A DNA stretch of 64,000 nucleotides from assembly GCF_006345805.1 (NCBI RefSeq), contig NC_043008.1, positions 9,610,001 to 9,674,000 of the forward strand, read 5' to 3'. Below, piece by piece: positions 36,985 through 49,753 of this stretch (position 1 is its first letter; every line of letters starts with the position of its first letter). The notes beneath the pieces were generated by a model, which worked only from the letters and a program-made list of their open reading frames with translations, made no database searches and had not been told where the DNA came from. Position numbers and translations under genes: made by a program. The stretch comes from Octopus sinensis (lineage: Eukaryota).

Positions 36985-37180
36985 TTCCTCCCGTTCATTT
37001 GGTCTGTCCACCAGGCAGCAAAACATGTCCAGTCATAGGCACCTGCATTTTCCCATGTTGCTTCAGAAACTCTTTGAATGTGGCGTGCCATGTCATCTTG
37101 ACTCTTCCCCCTCTTCCTTCGTCCCGAACCAGGGTACAAAAGTTGCAGTGTGGTTGGCAGGCTAGCAATTTGTCCCTAGA
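36985..37180 (-). mobile_element. RTE-type LINE 3' end remnant (frameshifted)
   Basis: PGSGRRKRG / RVKMTWHATFKEFLK / ..TWENA..GRN* matches the RTE C-terminal GRRxRGRPKxTW..TFxEDL pattern. Confidence 0.6.
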
Positions 37181-37521
37181 GCCACCGAGGAAAACACTCA
37201 TGTGGAGAAAACAACACAGAAACAGCAAGAAAATTGTCAAGAGTTACATGGGACATATGGCGCCTGTGTCATCCATGTTTTTAACCATTACTGTCCCCAA
37301 AAAAGATTTTTTGTTTTCTGTTCGTCTCTGTTGCGTTTCATTCTTTCCTTCTGTGGCTGGCTGATTCAGAGCGGATCTCAGAATTAAACAGCCGAAATCT
37401 GCGATGAGGGATCAGTTTCTGACTGAACAATGAAGGCTTTGAATGACCCGTTTGTTTTTTTTTTCCGCCCTTCGTGTATTTCACGTTATTTATTTATGTA
37501 AAGGTTTATTATTTATTATAT

Positions 37522-37562
<41 letters not shown>

Positions 37563-37651
37563 TACATATATATATAAACAAGTCAAATTGCGATAAAATA
37601 AAATTAATTATTATCGCTGGTGAAACTAGCTCATATATATACATCTATATA

Positions 37652-37699
<48 letters not shown>

Positions 37700-38889
37700 C
37701 ATATATATATACATATATATATATATACATATATACATACATATATACATACATATATATATATACATATATACATACATATATATATATACATATATAC
37801 ATGCATACATATATATATACATACATATATATATACATGGGACAGTTGTAAACGACTGCCTTGTTTATACAGCTTTACCATGGTCAGACAAAGTGGGATT
37901 TTCTGGATTACAGTTTCAATAGTCATTACGATTTCATCAGTAAGCCAATAAATCTTGGCCAATCAAAATGTATTTTAGTAGTTTGGTTTCTGTGTACGCA
38001 TTAAGTAAGTTGTTCTTAGAAGCTTGCTAATGTTAATTACAAAACATTTCCCAACCACCACCACAAGTCGTTCAACAGACACAACATAAAGTTAGTTATA
38101 CTTGTATCAAAAATATTGCCACTGTCATAGCTAGAAATAGTGGAAACAACGTAACATATAAGAAAAAGCCTCCTGACTACAGCAACTGCAATGGCATTGT
38201 AGTGATGTAGGTAGCTAAATAGTTGAATGATCTCCCTTGCAAGGAAGAACAGAGTAACCTCCCTTTTCTAAGTTTCTCGAAACATCTGTGTCATGAGACG
38301 TGATTCTTAATTATTCAAGAAGCTTGGCGTTTCTCTTGGAAGTTTCTAGAATGTCTAGCGTTCCATTAATAAAAAACAGCTAGCTAGCCCAGCTTTTCGC
38401 TTCTTAGTCGATTAGACTTAGAGCCATTCACGTCATTGCTATGTCCGTCTATTTCTCTATGCCACATGACTGAAAACCACCACTTAGCTGTTATCTCTAC
38501 ATTTTCTATTTCTGAACTTTCTTGCATAGATTACTTCATTCAACTAGATTCTACATTTAGATTATGTATCATCATCGACCAGGAATAAAATATATTTTTA
38601 TGTAGTAAATATATCGATCTTGAATTATTATTTCCTCTCTATGAACTATTGTAATAACATACATGCAGCCACATCACATCTAGTACTGACTGTATATTCC
38701 CACTACAGCGTACTCTGTCTATTAAATAATCAGTACTAAATAAAGGACCTGGCTTATCGAACCAAAATATCGCCACTAACATGATACCTTCACTAGATAC
38801 GTTTATATTTGCACCAGCCTCACAGAATGGAAGCCATACTAGTCAGTATATCTACACACAAAAGAAATCTACTTTATTATCCCAGTATA

Positions 38890-39480
38890 TCTGGAGAGTA
38901 ATTGTCGATAACAATCTAAGCTGGAGTTCCCACGTAAACAGCAAGGTTGACTTGGCCCACAAGATGTGCTCCTGGATTCTGAGAACTTTCAGGTCTAGAG
39001 ATGCATACACCATCATCCTTCTCTACTCTATTTCTGCCCGACCCCACCTTAAACAATGTTGGCCACTGTGGTCTCCCCACATGAAGCACCTCATTATGAA
39101 AGTGGGAGCACTCCAGAGGTCAATAACAAGAAAGATAGATGGCGTGACAGGCCCTGACTATTGGGGTCGACTAAAAAAATTCAATCTCTACTCTCTCCAA
39201 CGCCGCTGGGAGCGCTGCATCATTTGTGTGATGTTAGAAAATATTCCTTCAATATTGCACAAATGATGTTGGCATCAGTTTTAAAATCCGCTCAAAACTT
39301 GGCCCCGTGCTATCTGCCCACTACGAAAATCGAACTCAGGACACCGCCACATCTACTTTACCTCAACTGGTCCAGCTCTCTTTAATATCATACCAAAATA
39401 CGTCTAAACGGAAATGGATCCCATAAAATTAAAAAATTCACTGGACAAATTTCTTCAAAAAACCCTTAGATGACTCCACA
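38890..39480 (+). mobile_element. CR1-clade LINE RT C-terminal remnant
   Basis: VIVDNNLSWSSHVNSKV..ILRTFRSRD..LYS..RPHLKQCWPLWSP..ALQRSITRKIDG..YWGRLKKFNLYSLQRRWER. Confidence 0.85.
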
Positions 39481-40129
39481 ACCCTGATACAAACAATATC
39501 TAAACAGTAACTATTCTATCGATCTCTTATGCCGACCCGCTAAGTTACGGTGACGTAAATAAACTAGCACTGGTTATCAAGCAGTAGTGAGGGACAAACA
39601 CAGATAGAAAAATACACACATAGATATATATACATACATATATATGATAGGCTTCTTTCAGTTTCCGTCTGCTAAATCCACTCACAATGCTTTGGTCATC
39701 CCGGAGCTATTATAGAAGACACTTATTCAATGTGCCACGCAGTGGGATTGAACCGAGAACTTTTTATCACACATCCATGCCTGGTCATGGCATCTTTCTG
39801 GGTTGTTTAAATCATACAAGTCGTATAAATAACGGTGACATACGAGATTTTGTAGATCTTCCAGATCAAGAGGCCAAGATGTATCTGTAAAAAAAGACCT
39901 ATCGCTTACCAAAAGTTCATACATTTTACGTAATTTTGGGTATAATTTGACGTAATCAAAAATGCTTTCTCCGATCTTCGCTGTGTTTTTTCCGTGATTT
40001 GATGGCAGAATGCATGTAACACCTGCACAAATTCATCCTAATCCGGTCTTAACGTTCACCAATTTATTATCAATTATAGGGCCTGTGGTGCAACTCTATT
40101 AATATTCGCTTCTCTAAAATTGACGATGG

Positions 40130-40174
<45 letters not shown>

Positions 40175-40178
40175 GTTA

Positions 40179-40232
<54 letters not shown>

Positions 40233-40294
40233 TATTATTATTATCCTCCTCCTCCTCCTCATCATCATCATCTTCCTTATTATTATTATTATTA

Positions 40295-40335
<41 letters not shown>
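40130..40335. repeat. (TTA)n microsatellite; other SSRs: TA/TACA at 37515-37838, (TA)n at 29598-29642, 45755-45792 and 58840-58905, (TTA)n(TAA)n at 61982-62071
   Basis: Direct. Confidence 0.97.
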
Positions 40336-41339
40336 TCCCTCTCACACTCAGTAGTACCAATGAGAACAATGAAATTGAAAACGAAAATACCAGGATAATC
40401 GTAGAAAATTTTATGGGGTTGTATTTCATTTTTTTTTTATATTCGATTTAATTCTATTCCATTTTAATTTTTAAAGCTACAGCATCAGAAATTATTACTC
40501 AGTAAATCAAACAAAAACTACATTGCATAAATAGAAATAATGAATAATACCAGAAAATAAATTATGGTCCTTAGATTGATATAACGATATAACAATATAC
40601 AAACAAATAAAGAGTACAAAATAACAACAACAACAACAACAAAAACGACAAATAGGTATACTGCTAAAGCATGATGAGGTATTTCTTGAATTAAAACCTA
40701 CGCAGATTGTGAGAAAATCGAATATTTATAGAACGTTTCTCTGTGGGCCATCTTAACTTATCTATTCTCGCAATCAGCCCAGAATATGCGCTATCGACTC
40801 TTCAGATATCACAGTTCTATAAGCGAAAATTTTTCATCACGTGTAATATTCCTAAATACACTCAGGATGATAAATTTTCCTGATGTCTTACCTGGACATG
40901 GACATAAATTGATTCACATCTCTGCTAAAATATTACTCTGTGTAGATTGGTTGAAATTGTAGCGGCACAAGCAGTCAGCGCCATATTGGATGAGGTCTCA
41001 CGGCAGCCATTGCCATCTCCGAGATTGGAGCGAGACCTCACTTGCATCCATTTGCCATGCGCGAGCTCAAAACGAGGCTCGCGATGGCAAACTGTATATA
41101 AGGGCAAGACAGACACAGATTCAAGCCTCTTCTTTCCGCCTCTTAGCAGCAGCGCTTGCTGAGTGAACTCCATTGGCTGGGCTTGTCTGCATGTTGTGCC
41201 TCCAAAGGCAATGCACCTGTACTAACGGAGCTACTTCACAACGCACACAGCTAAATATGGTTGCTGAGAGCAGCACACTTCACCTGTCCTGTAGAGTAGA
41301 TATAGCCGTCCTATATAGGTAATAGTGAAAATGTTTAAT

Positions 41340-42200
41340 AAGAGCAGCTGGAGTGACAGCAAAACATACGGAAACCAAAGCACCAAAAAAACGTAAAAAA
41401 ACAGAAAAAAGAACAAAAGTTATCTGACTGACAAGAGAAGGCTTTGCATGGTAGATTCCCAAAGATAGTTGCAGGAAATAGTAATGAGACATGGTTGTGG
41501 TTGCAGAAAGGAAGGCTGAAAAGAGAGACAGAAGCAGCATAAGATCAAGCATTAAGGACTAATCGGATAAAAGCCAAGATAGACAAAAACCAAGTAGAAA
41601 ACCAGTGTAGGTTATGCAAGTCAAAAGAGGAAAGTGTAACTCATATTGTAAGTGAATATAGCATGCTGGCACAGAAAGAATACAAAAAAAGGACATGACA
41701 ACGTAGGAAGCGTAGGCCGAAAGCGAGAATTTGACTATGCTAATAAGTGGTATGGACATGAACCTAGTTAAGGACTAGAAAGTAAGAAATATAAGATGAT
41801 ATGAGACTTTAACATTCAGACGGGCAGAGAAATAGACGCTAGAAAGCTTGATTTATTAGTAGTACATAAAGATAATAGGAAGTGCCAGAAAATTGACTTT
41901 AAAGTTCCAAATGATGAGAAAGTCAATATGAGAAGTATAGAAAAACAGCAAAGCACCAGAACCTAGCCATTGAATTACAGAGACTGTGGAAAGTGCGGGT
42001 AAAATGTATCCCAGTAGTTATTGGTGTGTTGGGAACTATCCCTCGGGATTTAAACAGATGGATAGAGGAAATAGGCATAAAACCTAGTTCAGTACAACTC
42101 CAGAAAACAGTGTTATTAAGGGACAGCCAGGATGCTTAGGAGGGTTCTTGGCATCTAAAGCTATTTTTGTAGCCTGATGTTCGGAATTTTTCTTTTCCAG
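41340..42200 (+). mobile_element. R4/Dong-type (restriction-like endonuclease) non-LTR retrotransposon C-terminal remnant
   Basis: KALHGRF..WLQKGRLKRETEA..DQALRTN..CRLCKSKEESVTHIVSE (CCHC knuckle), RHDNV, DFNIQT..ARKLDL..IDFKVP..PVVIGVLGTIP..LQKTVLL..RMLRRVLGI*; several stops and frameshifts. Confidence 0.85.
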
Positions 42201-45200
42201 CAGTCTAATCTGCTGAGCGTATTTGAAATATGAAATAATGATAGTTTCAAATTTCGACACGAGGTCAGCAGTCACGGCGCGGGGTCAAGTCGATTACATC
42301 GACCCCCCAGTGATCGACTGGTAGTTATTTGATCGACCGCGAAAGGATAAAAGGTAAAGTTGACCTCCACAGAATTTGAACTCAGAACGAAAAGACGGAC
42401 TAAATGCCGCTAAGCATTTTGCCCGGTGTGTTAACGATTCTGCCAGCTCGAATAATAATAATAACCCTTTCTACAATAGGCACAAGGTCTGGAATCTGGG
42501 GGAAAGGATTAAGTCGATCACTTCGCATTTACTTAATCGACCTTGAAAGGATAAAGAGCAAAGTCGATCTGGACGGAATTTGAACTCAGAACATAGGGGA
42601 CAGACTAAATACTCCTAAGCATTTCTTCCGACGTGCTAACGATTCTGCCAGCCCGCCGCCTTCGAATAATAATAATAATAATACTTTCTACTGGTTGCAC
42701 AAGGTCTAAAATTTGGGGAAGGGATTAAATCGATTACAACGACCCCAATGTGCAACTGATACTTAATTTAATCGACCTCGAAAGAATGAACGGCAAAGTC
42801 GACCTCGCCGGAATTTGACGAGCTAAATACTGCTAAGCATTTCGCCCGGTGTGCTAGCGATTCTGCCAGGTCGTCGCTGTCTAATAATAATAATAATAAT
42901 TATTATTATTATTATACTTATTGTTGTTTAGCACCAGAATATCTCTAGTTGAACATATGTATGATCAAAGTGTATGAGAAGCATGAGAACAATAATAATA
43001 TTGTGGTTGCAGTATTTAAATCTTAAAAGAAGTTACTTTCAGTAATCAATAACTGTTCTCAATTTATTGCTAGGAAACACTATCTCTGCGCTTATTTCTG
43101 CTTTGTAATGATATTAATAAACCATCTATTGCTAAGCTTCTTATTATAACTATCTTTGTATATAATTCCGCATAAAAGATGTAGATAAGCAATTGAAGTT
43201 TACTTGGTAAGTTTAGCTGGTTTGTATAGCAAAACGCAAACCAGCGAATCTTAACACACAAATACAGCTCCATAGTAAAGAACTGATAACAGTTTTTCTC
43301 AAAGTAACTTGGGGTTAGTGATTAACTTGTTTTAAAGCTGGCAGCCATGGAATCCTTATTAACCATATAAAGGCTTGATCTGGTTGCCCGACATGAACCG
43401 GAGGATATTTGTAATTTTACGAACGAAAAATTATATTCAGATAATGCCTCGTTCGTACGCCGCGAATTAGAACACTGCTCTCTGGTTTTGCAAAGGAAAA
43501 CGAAAAATATAATTCATTTTGATTATGTGACTGTTTAAAGACTGGATGGTTTGGTGCGCTTTTACTATGTGGGCGAACACGTGGTGAGTTTGTCCAATAA
43601 AGAAATAACATGGTGAGTTTGTCCGTGCCGAGAAAAGAAAAAGGAAAAAAGAGAAAATTTAAAGTGTTTTATGTTATGTTTAAAAAATATTGAAAACTAG
43701 AAGAACAATTGTAGATGATGTATATAATGGTTCAAATACTTGCAATGGTATGTAACATGATAATTAATTGCTATGTAAATACATGATAATAATGGACAGC
43801 AAAAAAGGATTAATGGTACTGCATGTGATGAGGGGCGCATGCAGCCATTCATAACCTCATTGTTATATAATCATCTCATTCATATTCGTTTTATGTATTG
43901 TCCCCTATGTGGTGTCCTGTCTGTCCTTGTTTGTCCCCCTCTATTTTGGGCCCTTGTGGCTAATAAAGAAACAGTCCGTCGCCTACCGATGTGAACGGTA
44001 GGCGACGTGAGTAGTTGGTGTCGAACACATGGTTCGAAATGAGTGTCAGCAATCGACGTGAATGGTTTATAAGAATAATCGATGCGACAGTCTGTGCCTG
44101 AAGTCTGTGCTGGAAGTCGATGCAGGACAGCTGGTAACAAGTTGCACAACTCCTCTTTTTAGTAGGGCACAAGTCAAAATTCTCTTAATGGCGCCAGTGA
44201 CGTAGCTAAATGGGGGAGCGAGAGGAGCATGGGGGAGACACAGCTCCCCCACCATATTTCCCCCAAATTGGTGCCTTTTTAACAGTCTCTTTTTAAAAAC
44301 TTTAGTTCATTTGTGCAATAAAAGTCGAATCTCTTCATTTTTTCTGCTAATCGCATGGCTTGAGGAAAAATTTCTGGAGTCATTACTTTATTTGACCAAC
44401 TTCCGGGGTTTTTTAACTATCTGCTCAGTTTCCTACTATTTGTTGGTGGCCGCTGACATCTGAAGAAGCAAAACAAGCCCTGGCATTTTAACCTTTCGAC
44501 ACCAGACGATTCCGTACAGTTTCATCTTTTTCACGTCGCACCTATATCAGTAGTTGTATGTTACTGAAACGTAGTGAACGTTGAAACAATTACGCATCTT
44601 ATAACCACTCTCTTTTTCTCTCTTTACTCTTTTACTTCTTTCAGTCATTTGACTACGGTCATGCTGGAGCACCGCCTTCAGTCGAGCAAATCGACCCCAG
44701 GACTTATTCTTTGTAAGCCTAGTACTTATTGTCTCGGTCTCTTTTGCCAAACCGATAAGTTACGGGGACGTAAACACACCAGTATCGGTTGTCAAGTGAT
44801 GTTTGGGGGACAAACACACACACATTTCGCGTAATATAAAAGAAATGAGTTAAAAATTGTTTGATATGTGTAACAGCGCCGTTTTTCATGTGTTCTTTCC
44901 TCACCACCACCAACTTTGGAACCTTGCAAGGCTTCTGGTTAGCACCAGCATTGATATATTTTCAATGACTACAGCTGATTTTATATCCGATAAGATCACT
45001 ATATTAATAGAATATTTTTCAGTGGCCAACCTGTAATAAACCCAAAATATGTGATATTAACTCTTGATATATTATATTTCTATCAGCGAAAATTCGCCAT
45101 CACGTGTAATATTCGCAAATTCACTCGGATTGATGAGTTTTCTTGATGTCTTAATTGATTTTCCATTAACAAAGTTAGTTTTATTGTAGTTACTAATTGG

Positions 45201-45690
45201 AATATATTGTAAGTGGGTTTGGATAAAAATAGTTCCTCGTGCACAGTTGTCAGCTTCAGCACTAATTTGTTCAACTAATTTATTCGACAATCCTATCAAT
45301 TTTCGCCCGCCAATCACTATGAGAATGTAAATTAACAGCGCCATATTCAAGCACCATACACAGAGTGTTGCTCAAATATATCCTTCAAATCCATGTTTTG
45401 TAATCATCATACGGCCCCGCCACTACATCACATGCCCGTATCGTTTACTCACTATTGCTGTTCTTGGTTTGATTTTGTCCATTCTACATGCGGTAAATAT
45501 GTCGACAGCCTCTTCCCCCTTGAGCACTGTACCCAGGTTAACATTATGATGGTAGGTGAAACTATTTCATTTGTTTTGATCCATTTATATATATATATAA
45601 AGGGAAAGTTTACGAAAATAAACAAAAGACGAAGGCAGGTGGAGTACAAACAAACAAATGTATTAGTATAGTGCTCAGGAATAGAAAAAG

Positions 45691-45728
45691 TCTTTTACAT
45701 TTCGAGCCTACGCTCTTCGACAGAAAGA
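45691..45728 (-). ncRNA. Hammerhead motif variant (core CTGTCGA), same family as 61036-61071
   Basis: On -: TCTTT-CTGTCGA-A-GAGC-GTAG-GCTC-GAAATGTA-AAAGA. Confidence 0.55.
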
Positions 45729-45751
45729 TACAAAGAAAAAAACAAGGAGAG

Positions 45752-45796
<45 letters not shown>

Positions 45797-46336
45797 ATGA
45801 AATGATATATTGATAACATTTCTCCCCTGATGTTCCATTGTAGGAATCAAATGAATGAAATTCTGGTAAATTTCTCAGATTTATGCTCCAGACAAACTGG
45901 CTAAGCTGTCGGTTAGAAGGCCTATAGCATTCAATTACAACCCTTAACGTTTTGCATTTAAATCCTGCTGAGGTCAGCTTAGTCTTTCATAGAACCGAAG
46001 TCCCGAAAATAAGATGCCAGTCAAATACTGTGACCGATTAAATGTCTCGGTAAATGATCCTCAGAGTGATTGGAATTACAATAAATCTTTTGTTCAGCAT
46101 CATTAAATACTTATCAATAGTTTGATTGAAAATATTTCCAACTCGGTTTCACAGTTAATTTATGAATGACAATGACACGGTTTCTGGATAAGTCACGACT
46201 CCTGACATTGTGTTATATTCTGAGTTGAGTCCTGTTTTGGCAACCAAGACGCTTTTCTATTTCTTTCATATTCTACAGATTTGACAAACGTCACCATTCG
46301 CACTATCAATGTATTGCTTTCTAGTTTTAGTTCATA

Positions 46337-46745
46337 GACTAGCTATTTTGACCCGGGCTTCGCTCGGATTTTGGTGTTGTTTTGTGCATGTTGTCTCCTT
46401 TTCCCTTTCTTCTTTGGTTCGTCTTCTTTGCCTGGTTCTTTCTATTGCTCTCTTCTTTTTCTTATTCTTATTTTTAAAAACTTTTTTCTTCGTCTTTATC
46501 TTCTTTTTCTTCTTTCTCTTCTTCCACTCTTTCTTTTCTCCTTTTCCCATATTCCTCACCATGGCAATCAAATGGTAGCCCCGAGCGACTTGCAACCCTC
46601 CTCACACCATTGCGTACCCCATTCCCCCCCACCCCGTGTAAATTTTGGCGCCAATCCGACCCTTAAACCGTTCCCATCCCAAAATGAGACAAATAACCAA
46701 AAAAAATCAAACAACTTTTTCGTATTTCAGCTTTATAGATATTGA
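46337..46745. mobile_element. Helitron/Helentron-like non-autonomous element
   Basis: 5' ACTAGCTATTTTGACCCGGGCTTCGCTCGG terminus, simple-repeat middle, 3' CTTTATAGATATTGAT. Confidence 0.45.
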
Positions 46746-48879
46746 TAACAGACTATCATTCATACGAGAGCATACTTGTCGCTAGTTTCGTATCAGTGAC
46801 TAACTTTTCCTGATCGTAATTACAATTTACTTTCTCACGCATAAATAGCTTTCGTTTTCTTACACATAAATAGATTCTGAGTTCAAATTCCGCCGAGGTC
46901 AACTTTGCCTTTCATCCTTTCGGGGTCGATAAATTAAGTACCAGTTACGCTCTGGGGTCGATATAATCGACTTAATACCTATGTCTGTCCTTGTTTGTCC
47001 CCTCTATGTTTAGCCCCTTGTGGGTAATAAAGAAATGGGTATTTCGTCTGCCACTACGTTTTGAGTTCAAATTCCGCCGAGGTCGACTTTGCCTGTCATC
47101 CTTTCGGGGTCGATTAAATAAGTACCAGTTGCGCACTGGGGTCGATATAATCGACTTAATCCGTGTGTCTGTCCTTGTTTGTCCTCTCTGTGTTTAGCCC
47201 CTTGTGGGTAATAAAGAAATAAGAAACGTTAGCACGCCGGGCGAAATACTTAGCGGTATTTCGTCTGTCTTTACGTTCTGAGTTCAAATTCTGCCGAGGC
47301 CGACTTTGCCTTCCATCCTTTCGGGGTCGATAAATTAAGTACCAATTGCGCACTGGGGTCGATATAATCGACTTAATCCGTTTGTCTGTCCTTGTTTGTC
47401 CTCTCTGTGTTTAGCCCCTTGTGGGTAATAAAGAAATAAGAAACGTTAGCACGCCGGGCGAAATGCTTAGCGGTATTTCGTCTGTCTTTATGTTCTGAGT
47501 TCAAATTCTGCCGAGGCCGACTTTGCCTTCCATCCTTTCAGGGTCTATAAATTAAGTACCAGCTTCGTACTGGAGTCGATCTAATCGACTGGCCCCACCC
47601 TCCCCAAAAATGTTAGGCCTTATGCCTAGAGTAGAAAAGAATGTTGCTATCATTGTTTGAACCCTAAACTATCTCAGCCACTGTTCAAACATGTTCAACG
47701 TATAGTCGGTCAGTTTTTCAGGTATAATGATAGATTTATCGTGGCTCAAAATTTACTTTTCTGATCACTTCGTGAAGTTTATCACAGATTTTTTTTTTCA
47801 ATTATTGAAACTATTTCTAATGCCTATAAGCCAACGAGATAACCTCTGCATGATCGATTGACCTGCAAGTAATAGCACCCAAATTTCCTTGGAATCATAC
47901 TCTGTTACGTTTAAAAAGAAAAGACACGTTACACATTGTAGTCCTAGATATACAAAAAGATGGTCATAACTAGAAGCCTTTTGATTACATGATTGCGTGA
48001 TCAAAGCTGACTTAAGGCCAAATAAAAATAATAACAGCACCGCAGTGAACCCTTCAAAATTTCGTAATCTATTCGGTTTCTTAATCCGTTTTATTTCATA
48101 ATCCGTTTGGTTTTGCGTCAGATTGTAGCATCAATAAATAAGTGAATGGATTATAAACTGAATGACGCATGCAAATATTCTCAGTTAATTGAAGATTTCC
48201 TCTTGGCTGGAGAAAGAAAGCAACCTGACGCTCAGATGTAACCGATCTCCATCGCTCACTGCTGCTGTCAAAGTCCATTCTTGCCTTTCAGCAGTGTGCG
48301 TGCACACACGTTATATAATCAGCGTTCAAAAGAAATTATTGTGCGCTCAAGAAATTGCTATACGCACAAGAGGTTAGTCGCCGGAAGTAAAGTAGTAATC
48401 GATAATTATATTCATTATAAATTCAGTTCACAAATGTCAGAGGAAAAATTTTGCCCAACATACAGTTTTGCACATATTGACTTCTTACAACATCGAAAAG
48501 TTTATTCTTCTCACTAAAGCTTGAACGCCACGTTTCTTATTTCGCATTCTATTAAAATATGGAATCTACTTCGAAACTTGAAAGAAAACTGTAAAAATGT
48601 GATAAGTAAAGTCTCTTGTTTGGCTTATTTAATGTTCATGTTTTCTCAAGAACATTAAATATGGAAAGGGCAACAATCGAAAGTTGCTCACAGAATTTAT
48701 CATTCGCATTTTGAGGACAGCAGCTTTATAATTGATGGAAATTAAGTGATGACGAAGAAGTCCAAATTATTAGAGCGGTGGCTATCCTTTTAGATCGAGG
48801 ATGATGGTCCTTGTTTTTGTTTTGTTTTGTTTTGTTTTTCTTTGTTTTGGTTTTGCTATTTTTTTATTTTTAGTTATTG

Positions 48880-49110
48880 ACAGATTCTGAAGTGACTGTT
48901 GAGTCCAGTTCTTGTTCAGAAGTTCCTTCCACAAGTGGGATAAAGAAATATCCTTCCACAAGTGGGACAGGTTCCTTCCTGGTTGTTTTTGTCTGTCTTT
49001 TATGCACCTCCTCTTTTCTGCTTGCTCGGCAGTCCTTCTGGTCTCAAAATCTATTAATCCTTCTTTGATGATGGATCCTCAATCTTCTCGATTCTGAGTA
49101 TTTCTCTCTC
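48880..49110 (-). mobile_element. RTE-type LINE C-terminal zinc-finger remnant
   Basis: FETRRTAEQAEKRR.. / TCPTCGRNF*TRTGLNSHFRIC across a frameshift and a short internal duplication. Confidence 0.6.
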
Positions 49111-49138
49111 AGTTCTCGGTATCAATATTACATTTCTT

Positions 49139-49373
49139 TTAAGGCGGCGAGCTGGCAGAAACGTTAGCACGTCGGGCGAAATGCTTAGCGCTATTTCGTT
49201 TGCCGTTACGTTCTGAGTTCAAATTCCGTCGCGGTCGAATTTGCCTTTCATCCTTTCGGGGTCGATTAAATATGTACTAGTTACGCACTGGAGTCGATGC
49301 AATCTACTTAATCCCTTTGTCTATCCTTGTTTGTCCCCTCTATGTTTAGTCCCCTGTGGGCAATAAAGAAATA
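49139..49373 (+). mobile_element. Full-length tRNA-derived SINE (family A) with a 15-bp target-site duplication
   Basis: A-box-like TGGCAGAAACGTTAG, B-box GAGTTCAAATTCC, core GCCTTTCATCCTTTCGGGGTCGAT, tail AATAAAGAAATA; TSD AATATTACATTTCTT at 49124-49138 and 49374-49388. Other copies: 401-809, 1640-1800, 18230-18613(-), 21656-21890, 27790-28093(-), 30500-30660(-), 42250-42885(-), 46876-47640. Confidence 0.9.
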
Positions 49374-49753
49374 AATATTACATTTCTTGAAGTTGGGCTT
49401 CAGAACATCTTAAATTTTTTCTTTTGCCCTCCTCTTCTTCATTGTCCTTCATCAGTCAGGAGCACAGAAGCAGATGTCCGAATTATCAGGGTACCAAGCA
49501 ATCAGCTGAACAGTCGATATTTCGAATCATAATCTCGACGTTGTACTGTGTTCAGCTGCAAATATACTTACTGCACAAGAAGCCAATTTGTCTGGTCGTA
49601 AAGAATATTAGAAAGGTAATTTGCTTCACCATTGTAAGCCATAATAGATCGTAATAAAAAAGAAAGTCACCTACAGTGGACTAGAATGATATAAAGCAAG
49701 TGCAAAGAGAAGTTTGTATTTTATCTATTTAACGTTACAATACCAGACATCGA

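Noticed and set aside
36995-37240. 81-aa ORF resembling a secreted peptide
   Set aside because: TTG start; the C-terminal half is explained as a frameshifted RTE LINE end
37620-37962. YIYI/MYVC ORFs (also 10473-10902, 50815-52591, 14846-15265, 28591-28969, 40120-40451)
   Set aside because: Stop-free frames of microsatellites
43560-43625. Two GTGAGT donors suggesting a 5' UTR exon
   Set aside because: They come from a short local duplication (TGGTGAGTTTGTCC); no downstream gene found in the window
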